Assembly: GCA_012295275.1 (NCBI GenBank)
Contig: CM022665.1
Span: 7,812,001 to 7,876,000 of the forward strand
Direction of reading: 5' to 3'
Source: Chrysomallon squamiferum
Lineage: Eukaryota; Animalia; Mollusca
Length of the DNA: 64,000 bases
The stretch's first letter is position 1. Each line of letters begins with the position of its first letter. A program made the translations under genes and the position numbers. Positions 13,097-25,270 of the stretch are shown here, piece by piece. The notes under the pieces were generated by a model. It was not told the DNA's origin. It did no database searches and saw only the letters and a program-made list of their open reading frames with translations.

Positions 13097-15415
13097 AGAA
13101 TACAGAATTAACAAAGCCCTTTAGTAGACTGAAGTTGTTTGTAACTGTTTATCCGTTGCCAAAATGTTACAAACTACTAAACTTAAACAGGTTTCAAATT
13201 AGTTTTGTTAACTCACAACTGACAAATTAATACTGTGACGGTCTGTGTTGTGAATATCACTGTTATCTGACATTTAAATAGTGATGTCAAAATAAGAGTA
13301 CAAAATACTGAAAACAATTTATTTATTTACTTCTTTGTTGTTTTTCTTTTATTCAATTATTAGCATTTCTTCAGATACTATAATGAAGTTTACATCTGTT
13401 TTTGCTCTATTTTTACTGGTTACATGTTAGTAGTTACCTGAAAACATAAACATGTCACTGGTAAAAACAGAACAGTAAAACATAGCATATACTTCTTCAT
13501 GTCAAGAATTTAATTGCGGGTTTTATTGTTTTATATTAATTATCTAATTAAGCTGGATCACCAAAAGATTTCTGAATTTTTTTTTTTTTATTTTTATTTT
13601 TTTATATTTGTAAGTTTTAACTTGACTGTTACCAAAACAAAAATCCAGAACTAGCAGTTAATGTTCTGAATAATTTATATTTTTATTTTTATATTTGTTG
13701 TTTTATATTTTTGGAGAAATAGCTAATTAAACTAGATCACCAAAAGATTTCCAATTTTTTTTTCTTTTTTTTTCTGTTTTAACTTGACTTACACCAAACT
13801 ATAAATCCTGAAATCGAAATTAATGTTTGGAATAATTTAGAAGCCAGCTGTGTTAAGGATCACTGATCTACATGAAAGATTAGTTAATTTGTCAAAATTA
13901 ACAAGTGTATATCCAGTGCAATGATTTCATATTAACATTGTCACTACATTTTAGTATACATATATATATATACACACACACAGAAAAATATATACTACTG
14001 ATTCAGATGATTTAATGAAGATGACAATAAGCAATTCGTTTAAAACTGTCACTGTTAAAACTGTTATGGATCACTGATCTACATGAAAGATTAGTTAATT
14101 TGTTTCTCAAAATTAACAAGTGTATATCCAGTGCAATGATTTCATATTAACATTGCCACTATATTTTAGTATTTATATGTACACAAAATAATATACTACT
14201 GATTGAGATGATTTAATGAAGATGACAACAAGCATTTAATGCTTATCTGGCAACTAAACAATTTGTTTAAAACTATCACATCTGCGTAATTAATAAAACT
14301 TGATATTCATTTGGTGTCTTACATTTTTTTATTTCAAAAGAAATAAAATACAGTTTTGTCAAATACATAATGAACTGGAATGTCACATGGCAGTTTCTTT
14401 ACAATATGTCATGGAACAGAATACAGAATTAACAAAGCCCTTTAGTAGACTGAAGTTGTTTGTAACTGTTTATCCGTTGCCAAAATGTTACAAACTACTA
14501 AACTTAAACAGGTTTCAAATTAGTTTTGTTAACTCACAACTGACAAATTAATACTGTGACGGTCTGTGTTGTGAATATCACTGTTATCTGACATTTAAAT
14601 AGTGATGTCAAAATAAGAGTACAAAATACTGAAAACAATTTATTTATTTACTTCTTTGTTGTTTTTCTTTTATTCAATTATTAGCATTTCTTCAGATACT
14701 ATAATGAAGTTTACATCTGTTTTTGCTCTATTTTTACTGGTTACATGTTAGTAGTTACCTGAAAACATAAACATGTCACTGGTAAAAACAGAACAGTAAA
14801 ACATAGCATATACTTCTTCATGTCAAGAATTTAATTGGTGGGTTTTGTTGTTGTTTGGCTTTATTTTATTTTATTCTATTTATTAAATAATGTTTTTGGG
14901 TTTTTTTCAGATAACATTATACATTTATTATTGTTGTTGTTGCTTCCACTGTTGTTACTGTTACTATTTCTGTCCAGTGATCAACAGAGATAAAAAAAGT
15001 ATCTAAGTAATTAACTAAATTGTAAATAAATAAATAAATGATTTTTAAGTGTCACGGTATCTCTTTTTTGTTTTTTAATTTTTGTTTTTTTCTTATTTTT
15101 ATTGTTTTATATTAATTATCTTATTAAGATGGATCACCAACAGTTATGAATTTTTTTTTGCCACTATATTTTAGTATATATATATACACAAAATAATATA
15201 CTACTGATTCAGATGATTTAATGAAGAGGACAACAAGCATTTAATGCTTATCTGGCAACTAAACAATTTGTTTAAAACTATCACATCTGCAGAATTAATA
15301 AAGCTTGATATTCTTTTTGATGTCAGAAAAAAAATTATTTCAAAAGAAATAAAATACAGTTTCATCAAATACGTAATGAACTGGAATGTCATACTGCAGT
15401 TTCTTTGCAATATGT
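13097..15415. repeat. Nested local duplications downstream of gene E
   Basis: 13097-13516 is nearly identical to 14418-14837. 13857-14040 resembles 14068-14230. 14155-14412 resembles 15160-15415, including the gene E stop region. Confidence 0.85.
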
Positions 15416-18259
15416 TAATGACTGTGAGCTGTCAGGGATGTGCAACTCTAAGGATGAAAATTGTGTTGCTGGCTCCATATTCCTCAATACATTACTTTCT
15501 TCATACTCGGCTGTTTGATTAACCAATGTAGTCATGTTTTTAGACATCTTTTGCTTTACATCTTTATCAAAATTATTTTCATTATCAACTATTTTCTTCC
15601 TGAAATTGTCATTTTTCTCTGTGATACTTTGCTCGTCGTTGTTTTCAATGGATTCGGATGTGCCATAATTTTCATGATTCATTACCTGACTCGAGTTGTT
15701 TGTTTGTGGCACTGACATTTCCTTTTTGTGCAAATTGTTACCATGATTTTCTTCTTTTATTACCGATTTTCTTTCTGTCTCTTCTCTGCTCATGGATGCA
15801 TGTGCAGTGTCTACAGCTACAGATTTGTTATTGCCATCAAAAGACAAATCATTTTCATGGTTTGGTGAGACAGATGAATTTTCACCACTGACATGTTTGT
15901 CATGCATCTGATTACAAAGGTTGCAGGGAGATTTTGTTGCAGGTAGCTCAGAATTTTCCTCAGCTTCTTTCCCCTGTTTTCTGTCAGGTGGTTCTCTATT
16001 CCTGGCTTTGTTTTGTTCTGGTAAATCATCAGTTTTATCCGAATGTGAGTTATTATCATTGCTCTCATGTATACCTATAAATTAAAAAGACATATATACA
16101 AGTAAATTTGATTTCCTTGTCTACAAAAAGTGACTGTCAATTAAAACACAGACTGAAATGGACAATAAACACCTGAATTGCCTTTATCGGAATACAATTA
16201 CTACAAATAAATTGGTCATAATATGTGCAAAGGATATGTCAATGAAGTTGTTAAGTAACAAAAAATTTAAAACATATGTATACTCAAAAACATTAATAAG
16301 AATAATAATATCTGACCATGTATCTCATTTATAGTGTCTCTCAAAAACTGTGCCATGTACATATTTGCTTCTTCTCCGGACTGTATCACATTCGCTCTTA
16401 ATAGCGTTATTATTTTTAACTTGGTCACTGCCACTGGTTCTTTTTCTGTAAGAAAACCAAACAAAAAAAACCCAGCTATATAATTATTATGAAAAATAAG
16501 AAAAATAAAATGCCTTTTTTGGATATACATGTATGTCTGACACTGTGAAAATACATTCTTGCAACAAACACCTTCAGTTCCAACATTTTGAATAATTATT
16601 GACCTAAGACATCTATATCTGTAAAGTTATTTTTAAGTTTGTATGTATATTACATGTTTATATATGTGTGTATATATGTCTGCATATATATCTTGTGTCC
16701 ATGTATATCTGCAACTGTTTGTTGCTTTGTGTATTTAGGTGCGTGTCTGTCTGTGTGTGTGTGTGTGGGTCAATACAGGTAAGTTAATAAGTGTGATTGA
16801 CTAACCTTTATCTGCATATTCACTGACAGTAATTCCATCACCATGTTTTATAAAATTCTTGCAGTCATTTTGTAAAGAATTTGTGAGGGAGTTATAAAAC
16901 TTTTTCAGTATGTGTCCTAGGAGTAAAAAAAACCCAAAAAACTGTTACATTATTGTACATATCTCAAATACTGTTGTTGTCATCATCGTCATATTCATCA
17001 TTTCTCTCATTTTTGTTTTTGATTTTGATTATAGTCTCTAAAAAGAGTGCTGAAAAACAGAACTAAATAATTTAAAAACTATTCTCTAGAATAGTTTAGA
17101 TATTAAACATTGCTCACTTGTATTTTCATCTTCTGAATAGTTCTCCCTGCTGACAACATCCAGTTTTTTCTTATATTTCTGTAGCAGTTCAGTCATATCT
17201 TCAGCATTTATTATATTTCTTTGATCAAGAAGTTCAGCTGCTACAAAAGTAAAAGTGAAACAAAATGACAGTATGTGTCTTTTATTAATACTATCACTAC
17301 ACTACTGCTATTAATACTATCACTACTACTACTATTATTATTGTTGTTTTTTATTACTATTATTATTATTGTTATTAATTTTATTATTACTGTTATTAAT
17401 TTTATTATTATTATTATTATTATTTTATTTGTTTGTTTGTTTTTGTTTATGACATTTGTATTATAAATATTATAACTTTTGAAAATTAAATCTTTGGTAA
17501 TTGTGATTTATTCTCTTTATTGGAGAAAACCAGTAACTTGTTCAAACGAAACTTACCAATAATCTGAAGTATTAATGGGTTTCCACTAGCCACACTGTTG
17601 AAACAGTGTAGAAATGTATCAGGTATGTCAGCCTCTGTTAATCCATTCTTAGTAAACATTTGACGAACTTCACCATCATTCAGAGGTCTAAGGGTTTCTA
17701 TAAAAGCACACGACTGTATTGGTCTCAAAAACCGCAGTTCAAGTGCAGATGTGTAAAGAAATTTAAAAACAGATCTCAATGTTTCGTTTCTTATTATGTC
17801 GACGATAAATTTCTGAGCATCATTTTTTGGGCTGTACCTTTTGGAGTTATCACTGGGTCTTGGTATATTGTCAAGAAATAGATATATTTGTTTTTTGTTA
17901 TTTTTAGGAATAATCCTTTTTATATTCTCCAGCAAATCACTGCCTTGGCACTGACTTAATATTTCTTCATGAACTTTCATTGCATTACACAATAATTCCA
18001 GGATTTTCTTGTGGAAGTCTTCTTTTGAAGTGACATACCTGATGTCTATCTTTCTCAAAAGGATATCCTGATTTTTCTTTTGGAATTCACCAATGACATG
18101 TTCCATGAAAACTGATGTACCCATTTTAGGTTGAGCGCTGATACCAATTATTCTGCAAGTGTGATCACCCAGTTTTGAAAGAAACTTTTCTTCTTGGTCA
18201 GTTCTGCTGACATACTCAATGAATGCTTCATCCATGTTAATTTCAGTGGTATTCACCAT
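15389..18259 (-). CDS. Gene E: divergent STAND/NB-ARC-like NTPase with degenerate P-loop, winged-helix region and disordered C-terminal tail (~583 aa, 5 coding exons)
   Basis: Exons 18259-17557, 17240-17118, 16916-16806, 16445-16317, 16074-15389; all GT-AG, all phase 1, 1752 nt open. Motifs: YVSR, IIGISAQPKMGTS (Walker A position), IYLFLDN (Walker B), FLYTSA, SGNPLILQII (GxP). Intron positions match exons 1-4 of genes A-D. Confidence 0.8.
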
Positions 18260-18430
18260 TTATGCATTTAATCCCAATGTTTAGCTATCTGCATTAGCAC
18301 AAAAATGAAGATACATTAATTAGTTATAACTGTGGGATTCTTAGTTACATATCAAGTGTACAGTTAAAGGCAGTTTCCACCGATTTGGATTCTTGTTGTT
18401 ATTAGGTGGGTTTTTTTTTTTTTTTTTTTG

Positions 18431-18470
<40 letters not shown>

Positions 18471-18755
18471 AATAATAGTAATTTCAATAAAATAATAACA
18501 ATAAGAAGAAAATAACATAATGACCTAACGATGTGATATTTGTAGTACTGGCAGGCCTATGCAGTATATCTCATTCCCAACACATAATTGTTAACCGCTT
18601 CAAATAGCATGGACCAATGATTCTTTAAATATAAAAACAGGACTCACTGTCTGCATGCATAACAGTACAAGTTTTAGAAGTTGAATGTTTTTTGTTTTAA
18701 CCAAAAAGAGTGAAAGTTTTATTTTTAACAAAGATTTTTATACGGCTGATTGGCT

Positions 18756-18786
<31 letters not shown>

Positions 18787-19912
18787 CTGTTGTAAAACTG
18801 CATCAAGCGTTATAATGAATGTATCAAGGCAATCATTCAAATAACACGTGATAAGTTTGCATTTTAAATGTAAATACGATCTCTAATGCATTGAAAATGG
18901 AAATAAAAATTATTTAAAAAAAAAAAAAACCATTTAAAAAAAATTATAATGGTTTCAAGTATCGTTTTACAACTACGTACTCAGAACTGTCCGCTGTGGA
19001 GTTTTAGCAGAGTAACGAGTCCACATTATGGTACCTAACGAGAATAGTCATCTTCATATTCACGCGCCAGTGTCTGTGAAAATTATTTATTTTATTTTAT
19101 TTTATTTTAATTTTAATTTTAATTTTATTTTTTTTTTTTTAACTTGTGACGTCGTAATAATATATAGTACAAAACGTGTACGAGATGGTATGACATCTAA
19201 GTTACAAAAAAAAATAAAATAAAATAAAATAGCTTTCGACCTTTTCATCAATTTCTGTTCAATAACGGACATCTGTGTATACGAGGCATTGATTAAATGA
19301 CATATTTCCTCAAATTACTTTTAATAATCCATGAAGAATTGATTGCATTATGAAGAAGGCATACGTATTTAAAAGTTTGTAAGCACTGATCGGCGCTCGA
19401 CGCTGCCATCTTGGAATACGATCAGAAGTTTCCGTGAGCTCACGGAAATATTTAAACTTCCAAATTCAATTATTTTATGTCTGTTTTCTGAACTTTTTAT
19501 GATTTACACTGATAAAGATAAGGTTGTTCATATTGCCAAACCATGTCGTAATTACTTTTTCAACTTAAGCTTGTCAAACTGGATTATTTTTATGCGTGCA
19601 TAATAAACTAAAATTATAATTCGGTAAAAGATTAATGCATTAATTTTTCAAATTGGCAATATTCCCCGTGTCAGAACCCAAGAGAAAAGAACATTCAGGT
19701 GTAGTTTGCACCCATTCAATTCTAGAAGTATTTTTTCAGGTGACGTAATTTGTACCGTTAAGAGTTATCCATATTACTTCATGGTAAAAAAAAAAACCAG
19801 CTTAAATATATTTGTATACAATACTGAATACATATTTTTAAAAAGTAAATACACATTTAAAAATTGTTTTAATGAAAATTCAGTTCATCATAAATGTAAG
19901 TAAATATCAAAC

Positions 19913-20040
19913 ACTTACATGAAAGTTAAATAATACCCTCTGAAACTGTCCTTTAAAAACTTGCACACAATTCAACACAAAAATGGTGGAAATAGTTTGA
20001 TGAGAAGAGAGGGGGATTCCGCCGCACGAACTGATTGGCC
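19913..20040 (-). promoter_or_regulatory. Putative promoter and non-coding first exon of gene E
   Basis: Minus-strand donor AT|GTAAGT at 19918, kB-like GGGGGATTCC at 20011-20020, minus-strand CCAAT at 20034-20038; candidate acceptor at 18289 just upstream of the ATG. Confidence 0.4.
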
Positions 20041-20456
20041 AAAATACTATAGTTTCAACTTTGTAAAAAAAAAAAAAAATAATAATAATAAAAGATATTT
20101 ATTATTATTTTATTTCCTGTTTACATATTGATTTAGTGTTGTTTAATGTTATAACTTTAACTTTTTACCACTAAATATTTAAAACACTAAAGACTGAAAA
20201 ATCAAGGTGCATATGTAAAGAAAGTTACGCTGTGATATTCAAAGTTATTAGACACATCTCATTTATTTGTTAAAGTCGGCACCCTGTGACGCTTTAACCA
20301 CATTAAAATGCAATAATATGACTAAATACTTTAAAAATGCATCTGAAAACCAAATAATAATAATAATAATAATGAAATAACTAATAATGATAATGATAAA
20401 AAAAAAAAAAAAAAAAAATTCTTAATCCATTATCACAGTGTCATACTATTACATTA

Positions 20457-20535
<79 letters not shown>

Positions 20536-20683
20536 AAAACAAAACTTTGTAATAATTGCAGGGAATGGCTGTCAGTGTCTGCAAGTTTTTTGCGTGTCCT
20601 TTGAAACGTCAGTTTAACGTAGAAAATTAGAATGGTATAAAAATCTCTATTTATTTCGTGAACTGATCTACAGTGGTGTAAGT

Positions 20684-20722
20684 AGGGAATTCCCTGAACC
20701 CAGATGACGTTAGGCGAATTCC
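20684..20722. promoter_or_regulatory. NF-kB palindrome AGGGAATTCCCT with adjacent TGACGT and GGCGAATTCC
   Basis: 12-bp palindrome at 20684-20695, CRE-like TGACGT at 20705-20710, second kB-like site at 20713-20722. Confidence 0.45.
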
Positions 20723-22586
20723 TTTGTTTTACCGATAACAGCTCATCATTTTCAATTCAAATTGTTGATAATGAGCTTTACAGAAATTAACAAAAGTGTT
20801 CATTAAATGTCATTAAAATATACTACTGTAATTGTATTATGTTATTAATACTGTGTTTTAGATATATAAAATAAATAAAACAGTAAGTTAATTGACATAC
20901 GCGTTTCCATGTTTTTGTACGGTCAAGTATCCGTTCACTTCAACAAACGATTATGCCTTCAGCCAGGCCACACAAATAAACCAATGAGCATTCATTCTGA
21001 AGGAAAATCCTGTCTGCATTACGTGATCATAGTGAAAATAACGTCAGAGTTATTTGTAACCGGTAATTGCTCGAAGAAAGAAGGAAAAACCGAAATTTTC
21101 CTGGAAAAATATGTAATTAAATTGATATCACTATTCCTGTTACGTAAATAAATATCTACTGAACAAGTATATATTAGTTCTAGATCGAAATAATGTAGGG
21201 CTGAAGTACTACTTGCAAAATTTTAGAACCGATATATTGAACATACGGCAGCATACGGCGAACAAATATTAAAATGGTGGATTTGTTGTCTGCAGTAGTG
21301 AAAATAGCTTGTATAATTCAGAAGACGATTAATTGCTATTATCTAATCACTGACGGTTTACAAATGCAAAATCTAATTTTGTTTAATATTATTTATTTTA
21401 TGTATGAATAATATTTTGATATTTAATAAAATGTTAGCGTAATTTATGAAAATATTAACCCCCTTCAATACTATAATGGAACGCTCCACTGCTCTTTTTC
21501 AAAATGGCTGGCAAATTTATTCCATATTTGTTAGGGGTGTTGGGTTGTTAGTTGCATCGTACATGTAGAGGGCTAGTAACAATTCATTCGTCTATTGCTT
21601 TTACAGTTTTACACTATTTTTATTATTAAAATCAAATATAATATTTAGTATATTTTATACTCTATACAATACATAATAATTTATCTTTATCAAGAGGGGT
21701 TCAACTATATATAAATTTGTTTTCAAATGTTACGGGAGCAATACATTATTTTCACTTTCTGTGTTGAGAGATGGGGTATATTTTACTATGGGCGTTCAAT
21801 AAAAACAAATCTTACCTTGTCTTAAAATACGCCGAATTTTTATCTTTAATAGTCCATATAATCTCCTCACTGTGTCAAAATGCACTATGAGTCATTGTCG
21901 AACTACAACACGTCACTGCAAAAAAATATTTCCGTGTCGTGTGATGTGAAGTCAGTTTATGTGTACCTATATATATATATTTTTGTTTTTGCTCGACTTC
22001 GAAATTTCAACCTGCAGCTGACATGACAATATTTATGAGTCGGAGATTCTTACTTACATATCAAGTGTAAAGTTCAAGGGCGTTTCCATTGTTTTGGATT
22101 ATTGTTGTTGTTGTTGTAACTGTTGCTGGAAGATGGGTTTTTGTTATTTACTTACTTATTTACTTTTCAGACAGACAGACATACACAGATATATATAATA
22201 ACAATAATTTTAATACAGTAATAATAATAATAGGAGGAGGAGGAGGAGGAGCAGGAGTAGTAGTAGTAATCACACATCACAGTTGCCTAACACTGTGTAT
22301 TTACCGTACACGGTTGACCTAAGCAGTCAGAATTTTATGAAGCCTTATTCTCTACACTGTTATATCCAAATTATTAGTCTGATAAAGGTGTAATTTGATA
22401 TTTTGTCGTTTGACTCCAATCTAAACTTCTATACTAATTTTTATCTAAATAGGAATCAATCGTGGTACAACCACTAGATGAAGTGATAATGAATGACCTA
22501 GTAAAGGAAAACAGCTAAATTAAAACAAGAAAAAAGGTGATTCCCTGAACCTTCAGACAAAAACTTGATTATAAAGCTAAAACTGC

Positions 22587-22663
<77 letters not shown>

Positions 22664-24372
22664 ATTAAAATATTTTATCCCATAATGTATGTGTGTTTCA
22701 TTTATTATCAATATGCTTTTAAGATTTAAGTAACTGATGCAATATATTTGTTTTACTCCAGTCCCGGGCTATTTAGTTCACATAGGATTTTCTGTTTTGG
22801 CTGCATATATTCTCTGTAGTTATTATTATTGTCTTTACTTCATCATCATTTTCATTATTAACAACATGACTGTTGTTGTTTTTGTTGTTGTTGTTGTTGT
22901 TGTTATTGTTATTGTTCTTTTTGTGTTGTTCTTGTTCTTCTTATTATTATTCTAGGTAAGGTGTGAATGTTTATCTTTACAACAAGATAAAAATAAGATT
23001 TGTCATCTTGTTCTTTTAAAGGTGTGTTCATTTTAAATCTGAACTTTTCAGTACATTTGTCAAATATGTTTGATTCAAACAAGACACTTACTTTCTTCGG
23101 CTGATCTTCGGCTTCATCAAAAGTCTTGTCCACTTGTGGACTACTACCCATTTCAGTCAGAATGCCAATCAGACCCATGTAACAGTTAATTCATATAACT
23201 GTCATTGATGCTGATATGTCTTAGTCCACGGGACAAAGGCCAAATTTTTATCAGCTGGTACTATCCTGAAGTACAAAGGCATACGGGGTTTTCTTGGTTT
23301 ATCTATATATGTAGAAAACAGCATGAGGTCATAGATAGCGTTTAGAATTGAATAGCTTCCTGTCATTTTCACCCATAAAACTTAATGTGTTGAACCAATT
23401 TTGAAGCACATTCTGAGGGTAACAAAAGCTTAATTTTGACAACTTTCCTTAGGCTCATTTTGTCATAACGATTCACCACTCATAATATGTGATTTGAAGC
23501 ACCCTATCAATTACACACCATAATATGCAACTAAACCTCAAAAGTAGGTCATCAGAGGTAAAAGGGTCACTGATGTGATTCTACCTGTGTTTCAGAAAAG
23601 ACTTTCCAACCATTTAAATGCACGAATGTTCAGCCATCTTGAAAAATATTGTAACTGAAACAAACGAGGCAAGGACACTTTTTGCAGGAATATCAGTATA
23701 TCAGAATATCAAAATATCAGTACTAACACAAATCAACTTTAAATTACACTATAATGACAATAGGTCTCACAAAGTTTTCATTCCAAACCAATTGTATATA
23801 TTTATCAGTAGCTGAAACAAGAAGGAGGCTCAAAGAGGTCAAAAGATCAGCTATGTTCGGTCTTTCTGGAAATTTTCAATCTTCAGCAGGTACCATCATG
23901 CTTTTGGCCAGCCATTAATATAATAATTCAATTGAGATATATTACTGCATGTCAAGATAGTTTGACACACTCTAATTATTCTCATTAGGCCTACTGCCAG
24001 ATGTCTGTTTCATATTGCAGCTTATCACACCAATAATTTGCTGAATTTATAGAGGTTTTCAGTAAGAGGAACACTTTTAAAAACAAAATTGTCCTGGATT
24101 TTTTTTTTTTTTTTTTTTTTTTTCTTGTTTAGTTGTTCTGTTTTATTTATTGAAAATGGAATAGATAATAACATTACAGTTAGTCTGCAATCAACTACTG
24201 ATTTTAATTTAATGTAAGGGAAACAAAACCTGCAATTATGTTTTTGAATATAGAAAACAGATCAATCCTTGAACATATTAAAATTTCTCAACATGAAAAC
24301 TAAACTCGCTTTCAGAGACACATAAGCCACAGCACTCTGCCTCATACTGTGAAATGCAGGTAATAATTTCAG

Positions 24373-24855
24373 ATCACTTATAGTACAGTTCTATTCTCAC
24401 ACAGTCATTTACAGTACAGCTCTCTTCTCACACAATCATAGTACAGCTCTATTTTCAGACAATCACTTATTATACTGTTTTGTTCTCAGGCAATCACTTA
24501 TAGTATAGCTTTATTCTCAATCACTTATAGTACAGCTCTGTCCTCAATCACTGATAGTACAGCTCTGTTCTCAGATAATCACTTATTGTACTGCTCTGTC
24601 CTCAATCACTGATAGTACAGTTCTGTTCTCAGATAATCACTTATTGTACTGTTCTGTTCTCAAACAATCCCTATAGTACAGTTCTGTTCTCAGACAATCA
24701 CTTATTGTAAAGCTCTATTCTCAGAAAATCACTTCTTGTATAACTCTATTCTCAGACAATCATTTATTGTACTGTTCTGTTCTCTGACAATCACTTATTG
24801 TACAACTCTATTCTCAGACAATTACTTCCTTTACTGATCTATTTTCTGACAATAC
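24373..24855. repeat. 31-bp minisatellite (CACTTATTGTACAGTTCTGTTCTCAGACAAT) downstream of gene A
   Basis: Contiguous degenerate tandem units without spacers. Confidence 0.9.
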
Positions 24856-25270
24856 TTTTACATAAGGACCTGCCAGCTTTTCCTAGGTTAGGTCCTAACT
24901 ATGTCTAAATCTGGATCTGATCACTTTACTGAATACTGTGCACATCATATTCCAAAGTAAAAAGATAAATGTGTATTGACATACTCATTAAATTCACTTT
25001 TTAAATTTTACACATCAAATGTTAAACTTCACATACATATTATGTTTTATTAACATTCAGTAACAAACTATAGTAAAGGACCATAAAAACCTTTCGATTA
25101 AAGAGTATCTGCAAAAATGCAGACAGTACAACTATTCTGCATCAGTAAGATTCAAGTGTTCTTCATCTGTGTTTATTATACAAAATGTGATATTGATAAA
25201 ATGGTTTCTGACATTCCTTGGTTTCATATGACCTTGAAGTTGGTTTTATCTTGTTTTTAGACATTAATAT

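Noticed and set aside
15440-15470. ELHIP in the gene E tail as a pLxIS IRF-adaptor motif
   Set aside because: The essential serine is a proline.
22909-23178. 89-aa minus-strand ORF as an extra upstream exon of gene E
   Set aside because: No recognisable domain and no convincing splice path; it ends in a microsatellite.
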